This document shows, in pieces, positions 16,176 through 26,300 of a DNA stretch of 32,000 bases. Under the pieces are notes generated by a model. The model was not told the DNA's origin, did not search any database, and saw nothing but the letters and a program-made list of their open reading frames with translations. A program made the position numbers and the translations under genes. Each line of letters begins with the position of its first letter. The first letter of the stretch is position 1. The stretch covers positions 60,001-92,000 of the forward strand of contig AJ010592.2 of NCBI GenBank assembly GCA_000002975.1, in the 5' to 3' direction. The DNA comes from Guillardia theta nucleomorph (lineage: Eukaryota; Protista; Cryptophyta).

Positions 16176-16709
16176 ATGTATTCAATTAAACTTGCTTTTT
16201 TAAAAATAAATAAAATAAATTCAAAAAAAAGAAATATTCAAATTAATATGAAAAAACCAAATAGTTACATTAAAAGTTTACCTAATTTTTTAAAAGATAA
16301 ACAATTCATTGAGCTCATTACCTCAAAAGTTTGGATTCAAAAAAATGGTAGATATGATTTATTGGCTAACAATTTAATAGATAAAAATTTTAATACTGAA
16401 GACAAAGATTACATTTTGTCAATTTCTGAATATCAGAATTCATTCACAGATTTTAAAATAAACGACAATTCTGCTAAAATTAAGTTAGGTGATTCGAGAG
16501 AAGAAGAATTGATTTGCATTGAAAATAGAACAATTAATTTGAGGATTAAATATGAAATAAATCGAATAAAGATATTTCAAAAAAACGAGTTTTCGACAAT
16601 AAATACACAGAGCGATTTTAAGATTATTTTAATATCATATAGTAAATTTAATATAAGTTTTGTTTCAACAATGTTAATCCTTTTTTCACTTTTCGTAAAA
16701 AAATTATAG
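16176..16709 (+). CDS. Hypothetical protein, possibly plastid-targeted, with a C-terminal TM helix
   Basis: MYSIKLAFL basic N-terminus ending ...QINM; hydrophobic C-terminus ISFVSTMLILFSLFV. Confidence 0.6.
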   Translation: MYSIKLAFLKINKINSKKRNIQINMKKPNSYIKSLPNFLKDKQFIELITSKVWIQKNGRYDLLANNLIDKNFNTEDKDYILSISEYQNSFTDFKINDNSAKIKLGDSREEELICIENRTINLRIKYEINRIKIFQKNEFSTINTQSDFKIILISYSKFNISFVSTMLILFSLFVKKL

Positions 16710-16718
16710 TTGGATAAA

Positions 16719-17834
16719 CTATTCAACAATTGCATTATCACCTCTAGCAATAAGTTCTTCAACTGAGACAAAATCTTCTTTTTCTAAAGTCATAAGTTGT
16801 TTTTTCGACACAAGACCGTTGGAGTTTCCCGATGTTGCCTGATTAAATAACCTGATTGCAGCTCTCATTCTAGCTCTATCAACAGCATTTCTAACAGTTC
16901 TAGCATTAGAAAAATAAGGCATAGTCATTCTTTTTTTAATATATTCAAAGAAAATTGGTTCAGCATCTTTAGACATTTCATATTCCAGATCTCTACACAT
17001 TACTTTAGCAATCGACAACAATTCTTCTGCTTCATAATTAGGAAATTCAATGTGATTTCCAACTCGAGAAGACATACCAGGAATGAATGAAAAGAATTTA
17101 TCCATTCTATCTTTGTATCCCGCAAGCACAACAACTAAATCTTCTCTATTTTCTTCCATTACATTTAATAAAATCTCAATCGATTCTTGACCATAATCCC
17201 TGTCATTGGATGCGTTATAGAGATAATATGCTTCATCAATTAATAAAACACCTCCCATTGCCTTTTTAATCACCTCTTTGGTTTTAGGAGCAGTATGACC
17301 GACATATTGTCCTACCAAATCATCTCTAGTCGCGACAACCAAGTGACCGGATCTACAATAACCCATTCTCTGTAAAATTTGTCCCATTCTCATTGCTACG
17401 GTAGTCTTACCAGTACCTGGAGCACCAGTAAAACACATGTGTAATGATGGAACACTAGTATCTAAACCCAAATTTCTTCTTAATTTATCGACTACCAATA
17501 AAGCTGCAATTTCTCTAACTCTACTTTTTACTGGTACTAAACCAACTAGATCATTGTCTAATTTTTCTAAAATTTCTTTTACCCCATCTTTATACATGAA
17601 TTCTTCAACTGTACCTGCTTCAGCATCTTCAGGAATCGCATTCAGTCTGTCAATTTTCATTTGTTTCTGCATTCTATTTCTTTCAGCTTGTTGTTTTCTT
17701 CTTTCAGCTTCTTCTTTAATTTTTCTTGCTTCAATATCATTGTCATTAAGGGATTGGCAGTGAAGTTGACATATATTATTTTTATACGTTCTATTAGTTT
17801 TAAAAGTTATGTAGTTAGATATAAATGCAATCAT
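16719..17834 (-). CDS. cbbX: Red-type Rubisco activase CbbX, plastid-targeted
   Basis: MIAF transit peptide; [58 protein letters not shown]. Confidence 0.97.
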   Translation of the reverse strand: MIAFISNYITFKTNRTYKNNICQLHCQSLNDNDIEARKIKEEAERRKQQAERNRMQKQMKIDRLNAIPEDAEAGTVEEFMYKDGVKEILEKLDNDLVGLVPVKSRVREIAALLVVDKLRRNLGLDTSVPSLHMCFTGAPGTGKTTVAMRMGQILQRMGYCRSGHLVVATRDDLVGQYVGHTAPKTKEVIKKAMGGVLLIDEAYYLYNASNDRDYGQESIEILLNVMEENREDLVVVLAGYKDRMDKFFSFIPGMSSRVGNHIEFPNYEAEELLSIAKVMCRDLEYEMSKDAEPIFFEYIKKRMTMPYFSNARTVRNAVDRARMRAAIRLFNQATSGNSNGLVSKKQLMTLEKEDFVSVEELIARGDNAIVE

Positions 17835-17894
17835 TTATAATATAATATAAGACTAAAATAATCAAAATCTATATTATATCAATGTTTTTTTGTT

Positions 17895-17992
17895 TCACAA
17901 AGACCTTACAAAAAATTTTGATTAGGTATCATAATCAAATTATATTAAATTAAATACATATATGAGTAATCATTGTTGAAAATGGTAAGTAA
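17895..17992 (-). ncRNA. Candidate U1-like snRNA antisense to the rps27 5' end (speculative)
   Basis: ACUUACC at 17990-17984; GAUUAC in a hairpin; 8-bp hairpin 17939-17917; Sm-type AAUUUUUUG at 17917-17909. Confidence 0.35.
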
Positions 17993-18272
17993 AGTTAATT
18001 TTTAGTTAGACGATCTATTATAATGCAAGCGGTTTGACAGTTTTAATCTATTAAATGAAGAATTAGAAAAAATGAAACATAAAAAAAAAAGAATTATACC
18101 AAATCCAAATTCTTATTTTATTAATATTATTTGCAAAAATTGTAAAAACAAAAATATCATATTTAGTCATTCTCAGACAAAAATTGTCTGTAAAAATTGT
18201 GCATTAAATTTGTGTTATCCAACTGGTGGTAAAGCTAGATTGATAAAAGGCTGTAAATTTTCTAGATTCTAG
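17982..18272 (+). CDS. rps27: 40S ribosomal protein S27 (eS27), join(17982..17984,18030..18272)
   Basis: Splicing restores the expected N-terminus MRFDSFNLLNEELEKMKHKKKR...PNSYF, followed by C-x2-C...C-x2-C and PTGGKARL. Confidence 0.92.
17985..18029 (+). other. 45-nt spliceosomal intron directly after the rps27 ATG
   Basis: ATG|GTAAGT...GCAAG|CGG, phase 0; the intron carries in-frame stops; the CAG at 18040 would be out of frame. Confidence 0.82.
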
Positions 18273-18281
18273 AATAGCTAT

Positions 18282-21200
18282 TTAAAGGTTGTTAATTTCG
18301 AATAATCCTGTTCCTATATTACATGGTAATCCAAATGCAATCTTGTCACTGATACATTCAATCGATTCTATTTTTTTTCCTAGTGCATATTTCTTTAAAT
18401 GTAATAATGCAGTTTCGTAAGAAATTTCTTGTATTCCAGCTTCTTCTTTCATATAATTCCTATTAAATGGTCTTAAATATCCAAGTCTTGTCATGTAATC
18501 AGAAATTGTATCAATGTGTTTATTGCTTATAACTATTCCTTGATTCTTGAAAATATTCATAAGTTCGATAGTCAGGATTTCTCTTCCTGCTTCAATACCA
18601 AAAATAATTGACATTTTTAGTATATCGCTTGTAAATATTTCATCTATTTTAAAAAATTCTGATAGTGAAAAAAAAATTTCTATATTATTACCACTAATTT
18701 GTATTCTTTTTGTAAAATAGTCCAATATAATATTACTTAATAAAAAGTTACTTGTAATGTTAAAATTCATTTGAAATAACTTTCCTAAGTCAATTCTAAA
18801 TTTTTTTTTCTTATTAATTATTTCAAGACTAATCATGTTTAAATTTAAAAAAATTTTGGTATCGCCATTATTATTAAAAAGTCTTTTGAAAGGATTTTTG
18901 TAATTAATCATTACATTCTTATGAAAATTTTTAATTTGATTTGTAAAGCATTTAAAAATATTATTATTTTCCATCAATTTTTGCGCAACAAAAACTTTTT
19001 TTTTTTTTATTTTAAATTTCAATGATAAATTTATTCTTTTTTTTTCATAATTGTAATATAACTCAATCGATTCAACTAAGTCAAATAATTTGTAATTAGA
19101 GAAATTTCTTTTTACTTTTTCCAAATATTTTCTATTAATAATTGATTTTAACCTACAGTTAACTAAAAAGTTGGTTGAATTTTTTGAATTATATAGGAGC
19201 ATTTCTTTCAATCTAGGTAAACCCTGTTTTCCATGAGAAGAAATCTTACCCGCATAATGAAAGGTGTTTAATGTCATTTGCGTACAAGGTTCACCGATCG
19301 CTTGTCCGCACAATATTCCAGTAGATTCTCCAGGTTCAATTAAATTTTCGAAATAATTTGAATTTAATATATTTTGATAACTTACAAAAGAACCAAAATT
19401 CTTCTTACATGATCTTTTTGAGATAATCTGTTTGAAATTAATTTTATGAAAGTTAATATTTTTTTTTGTAAAATTTGAATTTAATTTCATATTGTTAAAT
19501 AAATTATTGTCATCATTTTCCGTTCTAAGAGAATTTTGAAATTTCCATCTAATTTTTGAAATAAAATCTATGGATGTAATTCTTTGTCCATCATCAGAAA
19601 ATATAAAAGAATTAATTTTATTATGACTCATCCTCAAAGTAAAATCATAGTTGATTTTTAAATTTTCTAAATGTTTTATTATGTTTCTTTGAATGTAACC
19701 AGATTGAGACGTTTTTATTGCTGTGTCGAGCAATCCCTCTCTTCCTGCCATACAATGAAAAAAATAGCAGTTTGGGTGAATCCCAGTAAAAAATCTTTCA
19801 GGTATAAATCCATTAGAGATTGGATCTAAACTGTTAAATAGAAATCCAGGCAAAGTTTTACCAGTAAAAGTTTTTGGTATACAACTTCCTTCTAGTTCTG
19901 TCTGCCCCAATAATAAACATATTTGAAATAGATTAATGTTTGAACCTTTTGATCCATAACTTATCATTTTTAAAAAGCCATTGGATGTATTGATAATTTC
20001 AAGACCTAACCTTATAAAATTTTCTATATTTAAAGAATAGATAATATTTAAATAACTTTTTTGTAATTTTGTTAGAATTACGCTTTTTTGATTCGAATTA
20101 GAAATAAGACTTTTGGATAAAATATGTTTATAGAAAGAGTTTTCTTCAATAATTCGAGAATCAATACACAAACCAAAAATTGAAAAAGATTTTTTAATAA
20201 GCGCTAGTGATAATTTTGAATATAATTTATAAATGTTTTTTAGTTTCTTTTCCATTTTTGTCTTTAGGAAAAAGTCTTGAAGACTACAGGAATGATTATA
20301 AAAAACTTGGAATATTGAAAAAAATATACTTAGCCTTGACATTATAGTATCACCAGTTACTGATCCAAAATTTTCATAGAATGCATGAAAAAAACCAAAT
20401 TTATTTCTTCCTAATTGAGATGAATCAATGACTCCTTTTAACAAAATTCCTTTCCTAAATAAAATTCTATTTTCATCCGAACCTATTATTGAGCTAGGTA
20501 ATTTAGTTTTAGTCTCTAAAAAAAAATTTCTTTGCTTGAATTTATTTGTTTTACACAAAATTGAAAAAATTTGCTTTCCTGTCCACAGAAAATTGGGTTT
20601 TATAATTGAAGGAAGTTCGAGAATATCTCTTTCTTTGTTAGAAAAAACATTGGACAAGAATATATCTATACAATTTTTATTAAAAAATGTATCTTTTTTA
20701 GTTAATAATACACCAGATATTATTTGGTCTTGTATCAGTCCCCTCAAAGGAAGCCCATTTGAAGGGATTGTGTTTTGATTTGTAACGTATGCTATATATA
20801 GAGATTCTGAAATTGACAGATAATTTTGAGGTATATGCAAGTTCATTTCATCGCCATCGAAATCAGCATTATATGAATTACAATTTGAATAATGTAATTT
20901 TAAACATTTACTTGACTTTAAAATTCTCACTTTATGCGCCATAATAGATGTTTTGTGCAAAGATGGCTGTCTATTTAAAATAGAAATGTCGTTTTTTTTT
21001 AGATTTCTCAAAAATTTATTAAATCCATACTTATTTTTTGAAAATAATGAGAATAGTTTAAAATATTTATACGATATAGATATTTTCTTAAGTTTGAATA
21101 AGAAATCTTGTTGTGAAATTGAAATTTTATTTCCATTTAATATTTCTAAAATAAGTTTTTTCTTTTTAAAGTTTTTAATTTTGAGAAAATCCAAAAAAAC

Positions 21201-22586
21201 TTTTAGTATATTTATCAAGTTTATAGATTCGGGAACATATAAGTCTTTTGCAAATTCCTTTGGAACACCAACTTCAAAAGTTTTAAGAAATGGATCGGGG
21301 GCTATTACTGACCTAGCAGAATTTAACACACGTTTTCCCATTATATTCATTCTAATTAACCCTGATTTTTTTTCTAATTGGTTTTTAATACTATTAGGAA
21401 TTTTTTTTTTTTTTAGTTGAATTGTTCCTATGAAAAAATTTTCTATTATATTTTCCAATTGAGTTATTGTTTTATCCATAAACTTAGAGTTAAATTTATG
21501 GTTTTCTGAGACAATTAGTAATAAAATTTGCTGATTGATCTTTAAAATTAAAGAATAGAAAAAATTATGTGGATTTTTTTCTCTAAATCCATTAAAGGTT
21601 GTTCCAAGTTTTTCAGGTCTAAATCTAGAAGGCGTTACTAAGATGTAATCAATAAAAAAAATACTTGAAGTATTGAATTTTAGAAAAACTTCGAAAGGTT
21701 CCAAATTTATAAACCTAGAATTTCCATAATTATCATTGGCTAAAATAGAAATAAATATTTCTTTAAAGTTAAAAAAATTTAATTCTTTTCTGTTGAAATT
21801 CAAATTATTGTAAGAACAATATTTTAAATTATTGAGGTTTAGATCATATTTGTAATTCAGATTCAATTCAAGGTAAAAATCTATCATCAAGATGCTCAAA
21901 TTACTTGATTTAAAATTTACTTGGAATGAATTTTTAATATGTAATAACGAATTATTTGTTTTACAATTATGACATTTAATTTCTTTGATTGATTGTTTTT
22001 TAATCATAGAATGAAAAATAAAAAAATTATTGATATTAACATTATTTTTTTCTTTAAATAAAATGAATTTTTTCTTTTGTTGATTATGTGTATAATTAAA
22101 TTTTATTTTCTTCAAAAAGATTTTAAATTTCAAAAATTTAACTTTTTTTTCAAAGAATATGATTGGTTTTCTATTTTTTTTCGTAGAATTTTTTACAGTT
22201 ATAAGTGAATTGAATGTGACTGTTCTCCATTTTTCAAGAATTGTTGATTTACAGTAAAAGCAATTTAAATTTAAAACAAATAATAAAAAATTTTTTGTTA
22301 AAGGATTTGGAACTGGTATCAACAAATCTATATGTCCAAAATGACCTGAGCAGTTAATGTAGCTAAGTTTGCATATATCACAATTTCCATAAAAAGAGTT
22401 TACACCTAATTTATTATCAAACAGCGCCCCTTTTAAAATAAAGCCATCTGACGTTTTAATTAATGGACTAAAAATTTCTGCACTAGTTTTTCTAATATTT
22501 TTATCATCCAGATTAAAATAATACTTAATTTTTTTGGGTCTAGAAACTACATCTAAAATTGTAAAATCATTAACGAAAATATCCAT
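18282..22586 (-). CDS. rpa1: RNA polymerase I largest subunit
   Basis: C.GHFGHI, MGKRV, NRQPSLH, YNADFDGDEMNLH, Pol I-type PLRGLIQD, TQMTLNTFH. Confidence 0.96.
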   Translation of the reverse strand: MDIFVNDFTILDVVSRPKKIKYYFNLDDKNIRKTSAEIFSPLIKTSDGFILKGALFDNKLGVNSFYGNCDICKLSYINCSGHFGHIDLLIPVPNPLTKNFLLFVLNLNCFYCKSTILEKWRTVTFNSLITVKNSTKKNRKPIIFFEKKVKFLKFKIFLKKIKFNYTHNQQKKKFILFKEKNNVNINNFFIFHSMIKKQSIKEIKCHNCKTNNSLLHIKNSFQVNFKSSNLSILMIDFYLELNLNYKYDLNLNNLKYCSYNNLNFNRKELNFFNFKEIFISILANDNYGNSRFINLEPFEVFLKFNTSSIFFIDYILVTPSRFRPEKLGTTFNGFREKNPHNFFYSLILKINQQILLLIVSENHKFNSKFMDKTITQLENIIENFFIGTIQLKKKKIPNSIKNQLEKKSGLIRMNIMGKRVLNSARSVIAPDPFLKTFEVGVPKEFAKDLYVPESINLINILKVFLDFLKIKNFKKKKLILEILNGNKISISQQDFLFKLKKISISYKYFKLFSLFSKNKYGFNKFLRNLKKNDISILNRQPSLHKTSIMAHKVRILKSSKCLKLHYSNCNSYNADFDGDEMNLHIPQNYLSISESLYIAYVTNQNTIPSNGLPLRGLIQDQIISGVLLTKKDTFFNKNCIDIFLSNVFSNKERDILELPSIIKPNFLWTGKQIFSILCKTNKFKQRNFFLETKTKLPSSIIGSDENRILFRKGILLKGVIDSSQLGRNKFGFFHAFYENFGSVTGDTIMSRLSIFFSIFQVFYNHSCSLQDFFLKTKMEKKLKNIYKLYSKLSLALIKKSFSIFGLCIDSRIIEENSFYKHILSKSLISNSNQKSVILTKLQKSYLNIIYSLNIENFIRLGLEIINTSNGFLKMISYGSKGSNINLFQICLLLGQTELEGSCIPKTFTGKTLPGFLFNSLDPISNGFIPERFFTGIHPNCYFFHCMAGREGLLDTAIKTSQSGYIQRNIIKHLENLKINYDFTLRMSHNKINSFIFSDDGQRITSIDFISKIRWKFQNSLRTENDDNNLFNNMKLNSNFTKKNINFHKINFKQIISKRSCKKNFGSFVSYQNILNSNYFENLIEPGESTGILCGQAIGEPCTQMTLNTFHYAGKISSHGKQGLPRLKEMLLYNSKNSTNFLVNCRLKSIINRKYLEKVKRNFSNYKLFDLVESIELYYNYEKKRINLSLKFKIKKKKVFVAQKLMENNNIFKCFTNQIKNFHKNVMINYKNPFKRLFNNNGDTKIFLNLNMISLEIINKKKKFRIDLGKLFQMNFNITSNFLLSNIILDYFTKRIQISGNNIEIFFSLSEFFKIDEIFTSDILKMSIIFGIEAGREILTIELMNIFKNQGIVISNKHIDTISDYMTRLGYLRPFNRNYMKEEAGIQEISYETALLHLKKYALGKKIESIECISDKIAFGLPCNIGTGLFEINNL

Positions 22587-22604
22587 ACTGTAAGACAGAC
22601 TGTG

Positions 22605-22982
22605 ATGATAACAAAATCTAAAATATTTCCAATTGCAAATGAAAATTTAACAGTGCAAATTTTAGATTTAATAGAAATAGCTTCTAGTTTTAAACTTATT
22701 AAAAAAGGAGCGAATGAAGCAGTAAAAAACATAAAGAAAGGGAAAGTTGAACTGCTAGTTTTAGCTTCTGACAGTGACCCAATCGAAATTGTTTTACATT
22801 TACCATTACTTTGTGAAGATCGCTCAATACCATACATATTCATCAATAGTAAAATTTCAATTGGAAAAGCATGTGGTATAAATAGAGGAATAGTTGCTTG
22901 TTGTATAATGGAATCAATAAATTTAGACTTAAATAAACAAATTAAATGTTTAAAAAAAAGAATGGAATTAGAATTTTTTTAA
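22605..22982 (+). CDS. snu13: Snu13/15.5K K-turn binding protein
   Basis: FPIA, KKGANEA.K, DPIEIVLHLPLLCED..IPYIF, GKACGI.R. Confidence 0.95.
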   Translation: MITKSKIFPIANENLTVQILDLIEIASSFKLIKKGANEAVKNIKKGKVELLVLASDSDPIEIVLHLPLLCEDRSIPYIFINSKISIGKACGINRGIVACCIMESINLDLNKQIKCLKKRMELEFF

Positions 22983-22988
22983 TCTTAA

Positions 22989-23285
22989 TTACTTTAATAA
23001 CCTTTTTTTTCTATCTGCTTTAGATCTAACTCTTACAATTCTATTGTGTATTGCCGACTCAATTGAAAACGTGTTTTTATAATACAATTTAGGCATAGTA
23101 TAGTATTCATAAATACAAGAATCTTGCAAATCACGTAAAGAAGAGAGATCAACTATATTTTTAATAACATAACGAACGATTGCTTTATCTTTCGGAACTA
23201 ATTTACCAGTTAGATTACAATGTATTCTCCTAACCAATCCCCTATTTTTTTTACTCCTTCCGTTGTTTCTCCTTTTTTTGGTCAT
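22989..23285 (-). CDS. rps26: 40S ribosomal protein S26 (eS26)
   Basis: MTKKRRNNGRSKK.RG, VPKDKAI, AIH.RIVRVRS. Confidence 0.97.
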   Translation of the reverse strand: MTKKRRNNGRSKKNRGLVRRIHCNLTGKLVPKDKAIVRYVIKNIVDLSSLRDLQDSCIYEYYTMPKLYYKNTFSIESAIHNRIVRVRSKADRKKRLLK

Positions 23286-23346
23286 ATAAATTTAATTAAA
23301 ATTTAATAAATTATAACAAATAAATTTAGTATTAATTGATTACATT

Positions 23347-26300
23347 TCAGTGAATGTCAGACAAAGATATTAAAAATCCAATCAAAATTTTAGAAATTAA
23401 AAAAAAAATAGATGTTGTTATAGATTCAATTTTGTTTTTACTAATATAAAGAAATCTTCCCTCAATAATGAATTTTTCATTTTTAGTTATGGTCACCCAA
23501 GATATATATTTTTTTTTAAAAATGCAAAATATGCCTTGATTATTATTCAATATATTCTTCATATTAGATTCGAATAAGGTTTTCTCAGTGAAAAATCCCA
23601 AAAAAGAAAACCTTTTAATAAATAAATTCATGTTATTATATATTAAAGGATTAGTAGCGGTTTTACCTAGTTGAAATTTTAAGATAATAAATAATTTACA
23701 TTTTGTGTTATGTTTGCAAAATTTTCCAAGTATATAACAATAATATTCAATTTCATTTTGCTTTATCAAGAATTTTGTATAAATTTTAATAAAATTATAT
23801 GGTATTATAAAAAATCTGGTTCCTATATTGATAAAAGCTTGATTGACATTATCATTTTTAAATTCATTCAAAATTATTCTTTTAGATAAATTTTTTTCAA
23901 TGATATTATTATAGAATTTTTTATTTTTAACATAAGTTTGTATAGATTTGCTATTCGAATCTTTTGATTTTAATATTTTAAAATTTGACTTTCTTTTAAA
24001 ATTTTTTAGCGAATCATTTTCAGGTAACTTACTTCCTAAAATTAAACATTTGATAGTACTTTCATCTATGGAAGACAAATTATAAAATCCATTTTCAAAA
24101 TTATGCTTTAAGATTAAATTTTTCAAAAAAATTTCGGTATTTATCCACTCTAGATTACTTAAACTATTCCATAATTTTTCGTTTTTCAACTCTTTATTCT
24201 GAACAGCATTTATTACTTTTTTATTGTCAAGTTCGATAGACTTTAAAATTAGTATTAATCTTGTAAATGCAGTAATAGGTGAAATCGAATCTAACCAATT
24301 ATCATATAATTCAATTATAAAAAAATCATCTTTGTTTTTAGAATGTATTTTATCTTTAAAAATATTTAATTTTAATAGATTTCTAAACATTATGTCAATT
24401 TCGGCTTGGTATACATTTATATCAGGATATTCAATTAGTTTTAAATGTAAAAATTCTTTTAGACCTTTTTTAAGAGTTATAATATTAAGTGGTAATTCAA
24501 ATTTAGGACAAGTCTTCAGAAAATTGACAAGTTCATTTCCTAGAAAAATTTTTGAAAAATCCTTAAAATTTTTTTTGTTGTTGAATTTAGAACAATTCAA
24601 ATTTTTAATATAAATTAATCCGTTTATAGGATTAAAAATAAATAAAAATCCAGAATGATAATTAATAACTTTGTTTTTCTGTAAATTTTGTAATTCTAAA
24701 TGATTAGATAAGCAAGAATCGTCCACTATCAGACATTTTTTTTTAAAAAAGTCATCTATATTTAAAATCGATTCATTAGATTCTATATTATTTTTTTGAT
24801 AAATTTGAAGACTTTTTCTAATTCTACTTCTCAAAATATTTAAGATAGCACTATTTTTGTGAAAGGAAAATAATTCATTTTTAATGAAATTAGATAATCC
24901 CAAAATCCAATTACCATATGATGAATAAACATTATAACACAAATCATAAGCAATTAATATTCCATGTCCTGATGGATAAAGTTTTTTTTTTACATCATTA
25001 TATTCATAGTATTTCATTCGTACATATCTCTCAATATCATGAGAATCGAAATCTCCCCATCTTAATTGAACATCTATCCAATAAACTTGGGATACTTTTA
25101 AAAAATCACCATGAGTTAAAATTTTTTTAATTCCTAACAAAATCGGATAAGTTATTAAAAAGTTTATTTTTGGATATAAAATTAAATCAGCAGATGAAGA
25201 TTCAAATTTATAAGATTTTTTAGGATGATTTACCTTTTTTTCTAGAATACCTATATTCAAATTTTGTTTTTCAATGTCTAATCTTTTTAGCAACAATATA
25301 ACTAAACTTTCATGTATTTTTTGCCATAAGTGAGAACGGAAAATTTGAATGATTGAGATTTTTAGGGTTGGAATCTTTCCGTGCATAAATATCCCTGTTA
25401 AATCAATTTGAGTCTGATACCCTATATATACATTATTACGATTGATGGTTGGACTCCACCACAATGTAAACCTCCTATTGGGAATTTGATTTAATCCAAG
25501 TTTTTGAGCATTAGTCAATTTTTTGTTTCTAATCAAATTCTCAAATTTTGATCGTTTTTCCCAAAAAAGACCCTCCCAATTGGAATAAAAAGTTGCTTTA
25601 AACAAAGTATGTTCAAGTATATTTTTTATTCCTCCTAATCTAAATATCATCTGATTATTGTAACTGCTTAAATTATATAGTTTTCCTTCATGTTTCGGAC
25701 TAGTCCACCAAAATGAATTATTAGTTGAAAGTATATATCTTGATAAATCTAGATTGAGTCTCCATCCGTAATCGTAAGGTAAGAAAAGTCTATATTTTGA
25801 GAAAATGGTTTCTATTCTAGGAATTCCTTTTCCAAATAAATTGCTAATCTTTTGATAATAGATTTTAATTCTTCTTTTTTTAAAATTTTTTTTTAAAATT
25901 AGAAGTTTTTTCCAGGCGATATTGGATTTTTTGAATTCATTTGTCCAATCTTTTATAAATTTGGTTAATGAATTAGTATAATTTAAAGAGTTAGATTTAG
26001 ATATAACCATCTTCAAATCAGATTTTAAATCATTTTCAGGAATATAATAATTGAAAAGAGAGAGCATACCTAAACCCCCGAATTCTTTTGGAGAAAAAAA
26101 AAGTACCGGTGGAAAACGAGAAGGCATTTTCGAACTCAATGATGCTTTGATATTTGCTATAATTTCTTTTTCGTATTTTTTCAAACGCGTCGTAAAATTT
26201 TGAGAAGAAACTAATGCTTTTCTGAAAAAACAAAAATATCCTAATAATAATCCATTCCATTTTTTAATTAATTTACTAAATGATGAACTTCCAGAAGTTA

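Noticed and set aside
16719-17834. Bacterial-looking cbbX, hcf136 and psb32 as recent horizontal transfer or contamination
   Set aside because: All have eukaryotic plastid-targeting presequences, sit among eukaryotic genes and are expected plastid-function genes of red-lineage nuclei.
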